Position numbers and translations under genes: made by a program. From the NCBI RefSeq assembly GCF_009914755.1, contig NC_060933.1: a stretch of 64,000 nt of DNA; one strand, given 5' to 3'. This DNA comes from the human T2T-CHM13v2.0 reference genome, Homo sapiens. The first letter of the stretch is position 1. Every line of letters starts with the position of its first letter. The notes under the pieces are model-generated. The model was not told where the DNA came from. It ran no database searches and saw only the letters and a program-made list of their open reading frames with translations. Below, piece by piece: positions 29,101-43,700 of the stretch.

Positions 29101-30308
29101 GGAATGGAATGGAATGGAATGGAATGGAATCAACCCGAGTTCAATGGAATGGAGTGGAATGGAATGGAATGGAATGGAACAACCCGAATGGAATGGAATG
29201 TAATGGAGAGTAAGGGAGTTGAATAGAATCAATCCGAATGTAATGGAATGGAATGCAACGGAATGGAATGGAAGGGAATGGAATGGAATGGAATGGAATC
29301 AACACGATTGCAATCGAATGGAATGGAATGGAATGGAATGGAATAGAATGGAATGGAATGCAATGGAATGGAATCAACCCGAGTACAATGGAATGGAATG
29401 GAATGGAATGCAATGGAATGGAATGGAATGGAATGGAATCAACCCGAGTGCAATGGAATGGAGAGGAATGGAATGGAATGGAATGGAAACTACCCGAATG
29501 GAATGGAATGTAATGGAGTGTAAGGGAATTGAATAGAATCAATCCGAATGGAATGGAATGGAATGGAACGGAATGTAATGGAATGGAATGGAATGGAATC
29601 AACCCGAGTGCAGGGGAATGGAATGGAATGGAATGCAATGGAATGGAATCATCCGGAATGGAATGGAATGGAATGCAATGGAATGGAATCATCCGGAATG
29701 GAATGGAATGGAATGCAATGGAATGGAATGGAATGGAATCAACCCGAGTGCAATGGAATGGAGTGAAATGGAATGGAATGGAATGGAAACAACCAGAATG
29801 GATTGGAATATAATGGAGTGTAAGGGAATTGAAAAGAATCAATCTGAATGTAATGAAATGGAATGGAACGGAATGGAATGGAATGGAATGAAATGGAATG
29901 CAATGAAATGGAATCAACCCGAGTGCAATCGAATGAAATCGAATGCAATGGAATGCAAAGGAATGGATTCAACTTGAATGGAAAGGAAAGAATGGAATCA
30001 ACACGAGTGGAATGGCATGGATTGGAATGGAATTGAATGGAATCAACCCGAGTACAGGGGAATGGAATGGAATGGAATGCAATGGAATGGAATCATCAGT
30101 AATGGAATGGAAAGGAATGGAATGGAATGGAATGGAATGGAATGGAATCAACTCGATTGCAATCGAATGGAATGGAATGGAATTAACCCGAATAGAATGG
30201 AATGGAATGGAATGGAACGGAACGGAATGGAATGGAATGGAATGGAATGGAATGGAATGGAACGGAACGGAATGGAATGGAATGGAATGGAATGGAATGG
30301 AATGGAAT
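26121..30308 (+). repeat. 4.19-kb HOR unit 3 (4188 bp, canonical)
   Basis: Lies between CCCGGG markers. Its ORF set is identical to those of units 5 and 6. Confidence 0.9.
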
Positions 30309-32399
30309 CAACCCGGGTGCAGAGGAATGTAATGGAACGGAATGCAATGGAATGGAATCATCCGGAATGGAATGGAATGGAATGGAATGGAATGGAATGG
30401 AATAAACCCGAGTGCAATGGAATGGAGTGGAATGGAATGGAATGGAATGGAACAACCCGAATGGAATGGAATGTAATGGAGAGTTAGGGAGTTGAATAGA
30501 ATCAATCCGAATGTAATGGAATGGAACGGAATGGAATGGAATGGAATGGAATGGAATGGAATGGAATGCAATGGAATGGAATCAAACCGAGTACAATGGA
30601 ACGGAATGGAATGGAATGGAATGGAATGGAATGGAATGGAATGGAATGGAATCAACCCGAGTGAAATGGAAATGATAGGAATGGAATGGAATGGAATGGA
30701 AACTACCCGAATGGAATGGAATGTAATGGAGCGTAAGGGAATTGAATACAATCAATCCGAATGGAATGGAATGGAATGGAACGGAATGTAATGGAATGGA
30801 ATGGAATGGAATCAACCCGATTGCAGGGGAATGGAATGGAAAAGAATGCAATGGAATGGAATCATCCGGAATGGAATGGAATGGAATGCAATGGAATGGA
30901 ATGGAATGGAATGGAATGGAATGGAATGGAATGGAACAACCCGAATGGAATGGAATGTAATGGAGAGTAAGGGAGTTGAAAAGAATCAATCCGAATGTAA
31001 TGGAATGGAATGCAACGGAATGGAATGGAATGGAATGGAATGGAATGCAATGGAATGGAATCAACCCGAGTACAATTAAATGGAATGGAATGGAATGGAA
31101 TGGAATGGAATGGAATGGAATGCTTTCAAACCGAATGGAATGGAAAGGAATGGAATCAACACGAATGGAATGGAAAGGAATGGAATGGAATGGAATGGAA
31201 TGGAATGGAATGGAATGGAATCAACCCGAGTTCAATGGAATGGAGTGGAATGGAATGGAATGGAATGGAACAACCCGAATGGAATGGAATGTAATGGAGA
31301 GTAAGGGAGTTGAATAGAATCAATCCGAATGTAATGGAATGGAATGCAACGGAATGGAATGGAAGGGAATGGAATGGAATGGAATGGAATCAACACGATT
31401 GCAATCGAATGGAATGGAATGGAATGGAATGGAATAGAATGGAATGGAATGCAATGGAATGGAATCAACCCGAGTACAATGGAATGGAATGGAATGGAAT
31501 GCAATGGAATGGAATGGAATGGAATGGAATCAACCCGAGTGCAATGGAATGGAGAGGAATGGAATGGAATGGAATGGAAACTACCCGAATGGAATGGAAT
31601 GTAATGGAGTGTAAGGGAATTGAATAGAATCAATCCGAATGGAATGGAATGGAATGGAACGGAATGTAATGGAATGGAATGGAATGGAATCAACCCGAGT
31701 GCAGGGGAATGGAATGGAATGGAATGCAATGGAATGGAATCATCCGGAATGGAATGGAATGGAATGCAATGGAATGGAATCATCCGGAATGGAATGGAAT
31801 GGAATGCAATGGAATGGAATGGAATGGAATCAACCCGAGTGCAATGGAATGGAGTGAAATGGAATGGAATGGAATGGAAACAACCAGAATGGATTGGAAT
31901 ATAATGGAGTGTAAGGGAATTGAAAAGAATCAATCTGAATGTAATGAAATGGAATGGAACGGAATGGAATGGAATGGAATGAAATGGAATGCAATGAAAT
32001 GGAATCAACCCGAGTGCAATCGAATGAAATCGAATGCAATGGAATGCAAAGGAATGGATTCAACTTGAATGGAAAGGAAAGAATGGAATCAACACGAGTG
32101 GAATGGCATGGATTGGAATGGAATTGAATGGAATCAACCCGAGTACAGGGGAATGGAATGGAATGGAATGCAATGGAATGGAATCATCAGTAATGGAATG
32201 GAAAGGAATGGAATGGAATGGAATGGAATGGAATGGAATCAACTCGATTGCAATCGAATGGAATGGAATGGAATTAACCCGAATAGAATGGAATGGAATG
32301 GAATGGAACGGAACGGAATGGAATGGAATGGAATGGAATGGAATGGAATGGAACGGAACGGAATGGAATGGAATGGAATGGAATGGAATGGAATGGAAT
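30309..32399 (+). repeat. 4.19-kb HOR unit 4, truncated (2091 bp; lacks the central ~2097 bp)
   Basis: CAACACGAATGGAATGGAAA (~31157-31176) is joined through a GGAAT run directly to CAACCCGAGTTCAAT (31222). These markers are ~2.1 kb apart in full units. ORF offset 29219 vs 31310 = 2091. Confidence 0.9.
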
Positions 32400-35300
32400 C
32401 AACCCGGGTGCAGAGGAATGTAATGGAACGGAATGCAATGGAATGGAATCATCCGGAATGGAATGGAATGGAATGGAATGGAATGGAATGGAATAAACCC
32501 GAGTGCAATGGAATGGAGTGGAATGGAATGGAATGGAATGGAACAACCCGAATGGAATGGAATGTAATGGAGAGTTAGGGAGTTGAATAGAATCAATCCG
32601 AATGTAATGGAATGGAACGGAATGGAATGGAATGGAATGGAATGGAATGGAATGGAATGCAATGGAATGGAATCAAACCGAGTACAATGGAACGGAATGG
32701 AATGGAATGGAATGGAATGGAATGGAATGGAATGGAATGGAATCAACCCGAGTGAAATGGAAATGATAGGAATGGAATGGAATGGAATGGAAACTACCCG
32801 AATGGAATGGAATGTAATGGAGCGTAAGGGAATTGAATACAATCAATCCGAATGGAATGGAATGGAATGGAACGGAATGTAATGGAATGGAATGGAATGG
32901 AATCAACCCGATTGCAGGGGAATGGAATGGAAAAGAATGCAATGGAATGGAATCATCCGGAATGGAATGGAATGGAATGCAATGGAATGGAATGGAATGG
33001 AATGGAATGGAATGGAATGGAATGGAACAACCCGAATGGAATGGAATGTAATGGAGAGTAAGGGAGTTGAAAAGAATCAATCCGAATGTAATGGAATGGA
33101 ATGCAACGGAATGGAATGGAATGGAATGGAATGGAATGCAATGGAATGGAATCAACCCGAGTACAATTAAATGGAATGGAATGGAATGGAATGGAATGGA
33201 ATGGAATGGAATGCTTTCAAACCGAATGGAATGGAAAGGAATGGAATCAACACGAATGGAATGGAAAGGAATGGAATGGAATGGAATGGAATGGAATGGA
33301 ATGATACGGAATAGAATGGAATGGAACGAAATGGAATGGAATGGAATGAAATGGAATGGAATGGAATGGAATGGAATGGAATCGTTCCGAGTCGAATAGG
33401 AGGGAATGTATTCGAGTGGAATGGAAAAGAATGGAATCAACCAGAGTGGAATGGAAGGGAATGGAATGGAATGGAAACTAATACAATGGAATCAACCCGA
33501 GTGGAATGGAATGGAAAGGACTGGAATGGAAAGGAATGGAATGGAATGGAATGGAATGGAATGGAATGGAATGGAATCAACGCGAGTGCAGGGGAATGGA
33601 ATGGAATCGAATGGAATGGAATGGAATGGAATGGAATCAACCCGAGTGCAGGGGAATGTAATGGAACGGAAAGCAATGGAATGGAATCATCCGGAATGGA
33701 ATGGAATGGAATGGAATGGAATCAACCCGAGTGCAACGGAATGGAGTGGAATGGAATGGAATGGAATGGAACAATCCGAATGGAATGGAATGTAATGGAG
33801 AGTAAGGGAGTTCAAAAGAATCATTCCGAATGTAATGGAATGGAACGGAATGGAATGGAATGGAATGGAATGGAATGGAATGGAATGGAATGGAATGCAA
33901 TGGAATGGAATCAACCCGAGTACAATGGAATGGAATGGAATGGAATGGAATGGAATGGAATGGAATGGAATGATACGGAATAGAATGGAATGGAACGAAA
34001 TGGAATGGAATGGAATGGAATGGAATGGAATGGAATGGAATGGAATCGTTCCGAGTGGAATAGGAGGGAATCTATTCCAGTGGAATGGAAAGGAATGGAA
34101 TCAACCTGAGTGGAATGGAAGGGAATGGAATGGAATGGAAACTAATAGAATGGAATCAACCCGAGTGGAATGGAATTGAAAGGACTGGAATAGAATGGAA
34201 TGGAATGGAATCAACTCGATTGTAATGGAATGGAATGGAATGGAATGGAATGGAATGGAATCAACCCGAGTGCAATGGAATGGAGTGGAATGGAATGGAA
34301 TGGAACAACCCGAATGGAATGGAATCTAATGGAGAGTAAGGGAGTTGAATAGAATCAATCCGAATGTAATGGAATGGAATGGAACGGAATGGAATTGAAT
34401 GGAATGGAATGGAATGCAATGGAATGGAATCAACCCGAGTGCAATGGAATGTAGAGGAATGGAATGGAATGGAATGGAAACTACCCGAATGGAATGGAAT
34501 GTAATGGAGTGTAAGGGAATTGAATAGAATCAATCCGAATGTAATGGAATGGAATGGAACGGAATGGAATGGAATGGAATGGAATGGAATGGAATGCAAT
34601 GGAATGGAATCAACCCGAGTGCAATCGAATGGAATCGAATGGAATGGAATGCAATGGAATGGATTCAACTTGAATGGAATGGATAGAATGGAATCAACAC
34701 GAGTGGAATGGCATGGATTGGAATGGAATGGAATGGAATCAACCCGAGTACGGGGGAATGGAATGGAATGTAATGTAATGGAATGGAATCATCCGTAATG
34801 GAATGGAAAGGAATGGAATGGAATGGAATGGAATGGAATGGAATGGAATCAACTCGATTGCAATCGAATGGAATGGAATGGAATTAACCCGAATAGAATG
34901 GAATGGAATGGAATGGAACGGAACGGAATGGAATGGAATGGAATGGAATGGAAAGGAATGGAACGGAACGGAAGGGAATGGAATGGAATGGAATGGAATC
35001 AACGCGAGTGCAGGGGAATGGAATGGAATGGAATGCAATGGAATGGAATCTTCCGGAATGGAATGGAATGGAATGGAATGGAATGGAATGAAATGCAATG
35101 GATTCAACTCCATTGCAATGGAATGGAATAGAATGGAATGGAAAGGAATTAATCCGAATAGAATGGAATGGAGTGGAATGGAACGGAATGGAACGGAATG
35201 GAATGGAATGGAATGGAATGGAATGGTATGGAATGGAATGGAATGGTACGGAATAGAATGGAATGGAACGAATTGTAATGGAATGGAATGGAATGGAATG

Positions 35301-36587
35301 GAATGGAATGGAATCAACGCGAGTGCAGGGGAATGTAATGGAACGGAATGCAATGGAATGGAATCATCCGGAATGGAATGGAATGGAATGGAATGGAATG
35401 GAATGGAATCAACCCGAGTTCAATGGAATGGAGTGGAATGGAATGGAATGGAATGGAACAACCCGAATGGAATGGAATGTAATGGAGAGTAAGGGAGTTG
35501 AATAGAATCAATCCGAATGTAATGGAATGGAATGCAACGGAATGGAATGGAAGGGAATGGAATGGAATGGAATGGAATCAACACGATTGCAATCGAATGG
35601 AATGGAATGGAATGGAATGGAATAGAATGGAATGGAATGCAATGGAATGGAATCAACCCGAGTACAATGGAATGGAATGGAATGGAATGCAATGGAATGG
35701 AATGGAATGGAATGGAATCAACCCGAGTGCAATGGAATGGAGAGGAATGGAATGGAATGGAATGGAAACTACCCGAATGGAATGGAATGTAATGGAGTGT
35801 AAGGGAATTGAATAGAATCAATCCGAATGGAATGGAATGGAATGGAACGGAATGTAATGGAATGGAATGGAATGGAATCAACCCGAGTGCAGGGGAATGG
35901 AATGGAATGGAATGCAATGGAATGGAATCATCCGGAATGGAATGGAATGGAATGCAATGGAATGGAATCATCCGGAATGGAATGGAATGGAATGCAATGG
36001 AATGGAATGGAATGGAATCAACCCGAGTGCAATGGAATGGAGTGAAATGGAATGGAATGGAATGGAAACAACCAGAATGGATTGGAATATAATGGAGTGT
36101 AAGGGAATTGAAAAGAATCAATCTGAATGTAATGAAATGGAATGGAACGGAATGGAATGGAATGGAATGAAATGGAATGCAATGAAATGGAATCAACCCG
36201 AGTGCAATCGAATGAAATCGAATGCAATGGAATGCAAAGGAATGGATTCAACTTGAATGGAAAGGAAAGAATGGAATCAACACGAGTGGAATGGCATGGA
36301 TTGGAATGGAATTGAATGGAATCAACCCGAGTACAGGGGAATGGAATGGAATGGAATGCAATGGAATGGAATCATCAGTAATGGAATGGAAAGGAATGGA
36401 ATGGAATGGAATGGAATGGAATGGAATCAACTCGATTGCAATCGAATGGAATGGAATGGAATTAACCCGAATAGAATGGAATGGAATGGAATGGAACGGA
36501 ACGGAATGGAATGGAATGGAATGGAATGGAATGGAATGGAACGGAACGGAATGGAATGGAATGGAATGGAATGGAATGGAATGGAAT
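32400..36587 (+). repeat. 4.19-kb HOR unit 5 (4188 bp)
   Basis: Lies between CCCGGG markers, with a constant 4188 offset to unit 6. Confidence 0.9.
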
Positions 36588-39500
36588 CAACCCGGGTGCA
36601 GAGGAATGTAATGGAACGGAATGCAATGGAATGGAATCATCCGGAATGGAATGGAATGGAATGGAATGGAATGGAATGGAATAAACCCGAGTGCAATGGA
36701 ATGGAGTGGAATGGAATGGAATGGAATGGAACAACCCGAATGGAATGGAATGTAATGGAGAGTTAGGGAGTTGAATAGAATCAATCCGAATGTAATGGAA
36801 TGGAACGGAATGGAATGGAATGGAATGGAATGGAATGGAATGGAATGCAATGGAATGGAATCAAACCGAGTACAATGGAACGGAATGGAATGGAATGGAA
36901 TGGAATGGAATGGAATGGAATGGAATGGAATCAACCCGAGTGAAATGGAAATGATAGGAATGGAATGGAATGGAATGGAAACTACCCGAATGGAATGGAA
37001 TGTAATGGAGCGTAAGGGAATTGAATACAATCAATCCGAATGGAATGGAATGGAATGGAACGGAATGTAATGGAATGGAATGGAATGGAATCAACCCGAT
37101 TGCAGGGGAATGGAATGGAAAAGAATGCAATGGAATGGAATCATCCGGAATGGAATGGAATGGAATGCAATGGAATGGAATGGAATGGAATGGAATGGAA
37201 TGGAATGGAATGGAACAACCCGAATGGAATGGAATGTAATGGAGAGTAAGGGAGTTGAAAAGAATCAATCCGAATGTAATGGAATGGAATGCAACGGAAT
37301 GGAATGGAATGGAATGGAATGGAATGCAATGGAATGGAATCAACCCGAGTACAATTAAATGGAATGGAATGGAATGGAATGGAATGGAATGGAATGGAAT
37401 GCTTTCAAACCGAATGGAATGGAAAGGAATGGAATCAACACGAATGGAATGGAAAGGAATGGAATGGAATGGAATGGAATGGAATGGAATGATACGGAAT
37501 AGAATGGAATGGAACGAAATGGAATGGAATGGAATGAAATGGAATGGAATGGAATGGAATGGAATGGAATCGTTCCGAGTCGAATAGGAGGGAATGTATT
37601 CGAGTGGAATGGAAAAGAATGGAATCAACCAGAGTGGAATGGAAGGGAATGGAATGGAATGGAAACTAATACAATGGAATCAACCCGAGTGGAATGGAAT
37701 GGAAAGGACTGGAATGGAAAGGAATGGAATGGAATGGAATGGAATGGAATGGAATGGAATGGAATCAACGCGAGTGCAGGGGAATGGAATGGAATCGAAT
37801 GGAATGGAATGGAATGGAATGGAATCAACCCGAGTGCAGGGGAATGTAATGGAACGGAAAGCAATGGAATGGAATCATCCGGAATGGAATGGAATGGAAT
37901 GGAATGGAATCAACCCGAGTGCAACGGAATGGAGTGGAATGGAATGGAATGGAATGGAACAATCCGAATGGAATGGAATGTAATGGAGAGTAAGGGAGTT
38001 CAAAAGAATCATTCCGAATGTAATGGAATGGAACGGAATGGAATGGAATGGAATGGAATGGAATGGAATGGAATGGAATGGAATGCAATGGAATGGAATC
38101 AACCCGAGTACAATGGAATGGAATGGAATGGAATGGAATGGAATGGAATGGAATGGAATGATACGGAATAGAATGGAATGGAACGAAATGGAATGGAATG
38201 GAATGGAATGGAATGGAATGGAATGGAATGGAATCGTTCCGAGTGGAATAGGAGGGAATCTATTCCAGTGGAATGGAAAGGAATGGAATCAACCTGAGTG
38301 GAATGGAAGGGAATGGAATGGAATGGAAACTAATAGAATGGAATCAACCCGAGTGGAATGGAATTGAAAGGACTGGAATAGAATGGAATGGAATGGAATC
38401 AACTCGATTGTAATGGAATGGAATGGAATGGAATGGAATGGAATGGAATCAACCCGAGTGCAATGGAATGGAGTGGAATGGAATGGAATGGAACAACCCG
38501 AATGGAATGGAATCTAATGGAGAGTAAGGGAGTTGAATAGAATCAATCCGAATGTAATGGAATGGAATGGAACGGAATGGAATTGAATGGAATGGAATGG
38601 AATGCAATGGAATGGAATCAACCCGAGTGCAATGGAATGTAGAGGAATGGAATGGAATGGAATGGAAACTACCCGAATGGAATGGAATGTAATGGAGTGT
38701 AAGGGAATTGAATAGAATCAATCCGAATGTAATGGAATGGAATGGAACGGAATGGAATGGAATGGAATGGAATGGAATGGAATGCAATGGAATGGAATCA
38801 ACCCGAGTGCAATCGAATGGAATCGAATGGAATGGAATGCAATGGAATGGATTCAACTTGAATGGAATGGATAGAATGGAATCAACACGAGTGGAATGGC
38901 ATGGATTGGAATGGAATGGAATGGAATCAACCCGAGTACGGGGGAATGGAATGGAATGTAATGTAATGGAATGGAATCATCCGTAATGGAATGGAAAGGA
39001 ATGGAATGGAATGGAATGGAATGGAATGGAATGGAATCAACTCGATTGCAATCGAATGGAATGGAATGGAATTAACCCGAATAGAATGGAATGGAATGGA
39101 ATGGAACGGAACGGAATGGAATGGAATGGAATGGAATGGAAAGGAATGGAACGGAACGGAAGGGAATGGAATGGAATGGAATGGAATCAACGCGAGTGCA
39201 GGGGAATGGAATGGAATGGAATGCAATGGAATGGAATCTTCCGGAATGGAATGGAATGGAATGGAATGGAATGGAATGAAATGCAATGGATTCAACTCCA
39301 TTGCAATGGAATGGAATAGAATGGAATGGAAAGGAATTAATCCGAATAGAATGGAATGGAGTGGAATGGAACGGAATGGAACGGAATGGAATGGAATGGA
39401 ATGGAATGGAATGGTATGGAATGGAATGGAATGGTACGGAATAGAATGGAATGGAACGAATTGTAATGGAATGGAATGGAATGGAATGGAATGGAATGGA

Positions 39501-40745
39501 ATCAACGCGAGTGCAGGGGAATGTAATGGAACGGAATGCAATGGAATGGAATCATCCGGAATGGAATGGAATGGAATGGAATGGAATGGAATGGAATCAA
39601 CCCGAGTTCAATGGAATGGAGTGGAATGGAATGGAATGGAATGGAACAACCCGAATGGAATGGAATGTAATGGAGAGTAAGGGAGTTGAATAGAATCAAT
39701 CCGAATGTAATGGAATGGAATGCAACGGAATGGAATGGAAGGGAATGGAATGGAATGGAATGGAATCAACACGATTGCAATCGAATGGAATGGAATGGAA
39801 TGGAATGGAATAGAATGGAATGGAATGCAATGGAATGGAATCAACCCGAGTACAATGGAATGGAATGGAATGGAATGCAATGGAATGGAATGGAATGGAA
39901 TGGAATCAACCCGAGTGCAATGGAATGGAGAGGAATGGAATGGAATGGAATGGAAACTACCCGAATGGAATGGAATGTAATGGAGTGTAAGGGAATTGAA
40001 TAGAATCAATCCGAATGGAATGGAATGGAATGGAACGGAATGTAATGGAATGGAATGGAATGGAATCAACCCGAGTGCAGGGGAATGGAATGGAATGGAA
40101 TGCAATGGAATGGAATCATCCGGAATGGAATGGAATGGAATGCAATGGAATGGAATCATCCGGAATGGAATGGAATGGAATGCAATGGAATGGAATGGAA
40201 TGGAATCAACCCGAGTGCAATGGAATGGAGTGAAATGGAATGGAATGGAATGGAAACAACCAGAATGGATTGGAATATAATGGAGTGTAAGGGAATTGAA
40301 AAGAATCAATCTGAATGTAATGAAATGGAATGGAACGGAATGGAATGGAATGGAATGAAATGGAATGCAATGAAATGGAATCAACCCGAGTGCAATCGAA
40401 TGAAATCGAATGCAATGGAATGCAAAGGAATGGATTCAACTTGAATGGAAAGGAAAGAATGGAATCAACACGAGTGGAATGGCATGGATTGGAATGGAAT
40501 TGAATGGAATCAACCCGAGTACAGGGGAATGGAATGGAATGGAATGCAATGGAATGGAATCATCAGTAATGGAATGGAAAGGAATGGAATGGAATGGAAT
40601 GGAATGGAATGGAATCAACTCGATTGCAATCGAATGGAATGGAATGGAATTAACCCGAATAGAATGGAATGGAATGGAATGGAACGGAACGGAATGGAAT
40701 GGAATGGAATGGAATGGAATGGAATGGAACGGAACGGAATGGAAT
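36588..40745 (+). repeat. 4.19-kb HOR unit 6 (essentially full length)
   Basis: Matches unit 5 at offset 4188 up to GGAACGGAAC at ~40735. Confidence 0.88.
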
Positions 40746-43700
40746 GGAAAGGAATGGAATGGAATGGAATGGAATGGAATGGAATGATACGGAATAGAAT
40801 GGAATGGAACGAAATGGAATGGAATGGAATGAAATGGAATGGAATGGAATGGAATGGAATGGAATCGTTCCGAGTCGAATAGGAGGGAATGTATTCGAGT
40901 GGAATGGAAAAGAATGGAATCAACCAGAGTGGAATGGAAGGGAATGGAATGGAATGGAAACTAATACAATGGAATCAACCCGAGTGGAATGGAATGGAAA
41001 GGACTGGAATGGAAAGGAATGGAATGGAATGGAATGGAATGGAATGGAATGGAATGGAATCAACGCGAGTGCAGGGGAATGGAATGGAATCGAATGGAAT
41101 GGAATGGAATGGAATGGAATCAACCCGAGTGCAGGGGAATGTAATGGAACGGAAAGCAATGGAATGGAATCATCCGGAATGGAATGGAATGGAATGGAAT
41201 GGAATCAACCCGAGTGCAACGGAATGGAGTGGAATGGAATGGAATGGAATGGAACAATCCGAATGGAATGGAATGTAATGGAGAGTAAGGGAGTTCAAAA
41301 GAATCATTCCGAATGTAATGGAATGGAACGGAATGGAATGGAATGGAATGGAATGGAATGGAATGGAATGGAATGGAATGCAATGGAATGGAATCAACCC
41401 GAGTACAATGGAATGGAATGGAATGGAATGGAATGGAATGGAATGGAATGGAATGATACGGAATAGAATGGAATGGAACGAAATGGAATGGAATGGAATG
41501 GAATGGAATGGAATGGAATGGAATGGAATCGTTCCGAGTGGAATAGGAGGGAATCTATTCCAGTGGAATGGAAAGGAATGGAATCAACCTGAGTGGAATG
41601 GAAGGGAATGGAATGGAATGGAAACTAATAGAATGGAATCAACCCGAGTGGAATGGAATTGAAAGGACTGGAATAGAATGGAATGGAATGGAATCAACTC
41701 GATTGTAATGGAATGGAATGGAATGGAATGGAATGGAATGGAATCAACCCGAGTGCAATGGAATGGAGTGGAATGGAATGGAATGGAACAACCCGAATGG
41801 AATGGAATCTAATGGAGAGTAAGGGAGTTGAATAGAATCAATCCGAATGTAATGGAATGGAATGGAACGGAATGGAATTGAATGGAATGGAATGGAATGC
41901 AATGGAATGGAATCAACCCGAGTGCAATGGAATGTAGAGGAATGGAATGGAATGGAATGGAAACTACCCGAATGGAATGGAATGTAATGGAGTGTAAGGG
42001 AATTGAATAGAATCAATCCGAATGTAATGGAATGGAATGGAACGGAATGGAATGGAATGGAATGGAATGGAATGGAATGCAATGGAATGGAATCAACCCG
42101 AGTGCAATCGAATGGAATCGAATGGAATGGAATGCAATGGAATGGATTCAACTTGAATGGAATGGATAGAATGGAATCAACACGAGTGGAATGGCATGGA
42201 TTGGAATGGAATGGAATGGAATCAACCCGAGTACGGGGGAATGGAATGGAATGTAATGTAATGGAATGGAATCATCCGTAATGGAATGGAAAGGAATGGA
42301 ATGGAATGGAATGGAATGGAATGGAATGGAATCAACTCGATTGCAATCGAATGGAATGGAATGGAATTAACCCGAATAGAATGGAATGGAATGGAATGGA
42401 ACGGAACGGAATGGAATGGAATGGAATGGAATGGAAAGGAATGGAACGGAACGGAAGGGAATGGAATGGAATGGAATGGAATCAACGCGAGTGCAGGGGA
42501 ATGGAATGGAATGGAATGCAATGGAATGGAATCTTCCGGAATGGAATGGAATGGAATGGAATGGAATGGAATGAAATGCAATGGATTCAACTCCATTGCA
42601 ATGGAATGGAATAGAATGGAATGGAAAGGAATTAATCCGAATAGAATGGAATGGAGTGGAATGGAACGGAATGGAACGGAATGGAATGGAATGGAATGGA
42701 ATGGAATGGTATGGAATGGAATGGAATGGTACGGAATAGAATGGAATGGAACGAATTGTAATGGAATGGAATGGAATGGAATGGAATGGAATGGAATCAA
42801 CGCGAGTGCAGGGGAATGTAATGGAACGGAATGCAATGGAATGGAATCATCCGGAATGGAATGGAATGGAATGGAATGGAATGGAATGGAATCAACCCGA
42901 GTTCAATGGAATGGAGTGGAATGGAATGGAATGGAATGGAACAACCCGAATGGAATGGAATGTAATGGAGAGTAAGGGAGTTGAATAGAATCAATCCGAA
43001 TGTAATGGAATGGAATGCAACGGAATGGAATGGAAGGGAATGGAATGGAATGGAATGGAATCAACACGATTGCAATCGAATGGAATGGAATGGAATGGAA
43101 TGGAATAGAATGGAATGGAATGCAATGGAATGGAATCAACCCGAGTACAATGGAATGGAATGGAATGGAATGCAATGGAATGGAATGGAATGGAATGGAA
43201 TCAACCCGAGTGCAATGGAATGGAGAGGAATGGAATGGAATGGAATGGAAACTACCCGAATGGAATGGAATGTAATGGAGTGTAAGGGAATTGAATAGAA
43301 TCAATCCGAATGGAATGGAATGGAATGGAACGGAATGTAATGGAATGGAATGGAATGGAATCAACCCGAGTGCAGGGGAATGGAATGGAATGGAATGCAA
43401 TGGAATGGAATCATCCGGAATGGAATGGAATGGAATGCAATGGAATGGAATCATCCGGAATGGAATGGAATGGAATGCAATGGAATGGAATGGAATGGAA
43501 TCAACCCGAGTGCAATGGAATGGAGTGAAATGGAATGGAATGGAATGGAAACAACCAGAATGGATTGGAATATAATGGAGTGTAAGGGAATTGAAAAGAA
43601 TCAATCTGAATGTAATGAAATGGAATGGAACGGAATGGAATGGAATGGAATGAAATGGAATGCAATGAAATGGAATCAACCCGAGTGCAATCGAATGAAA

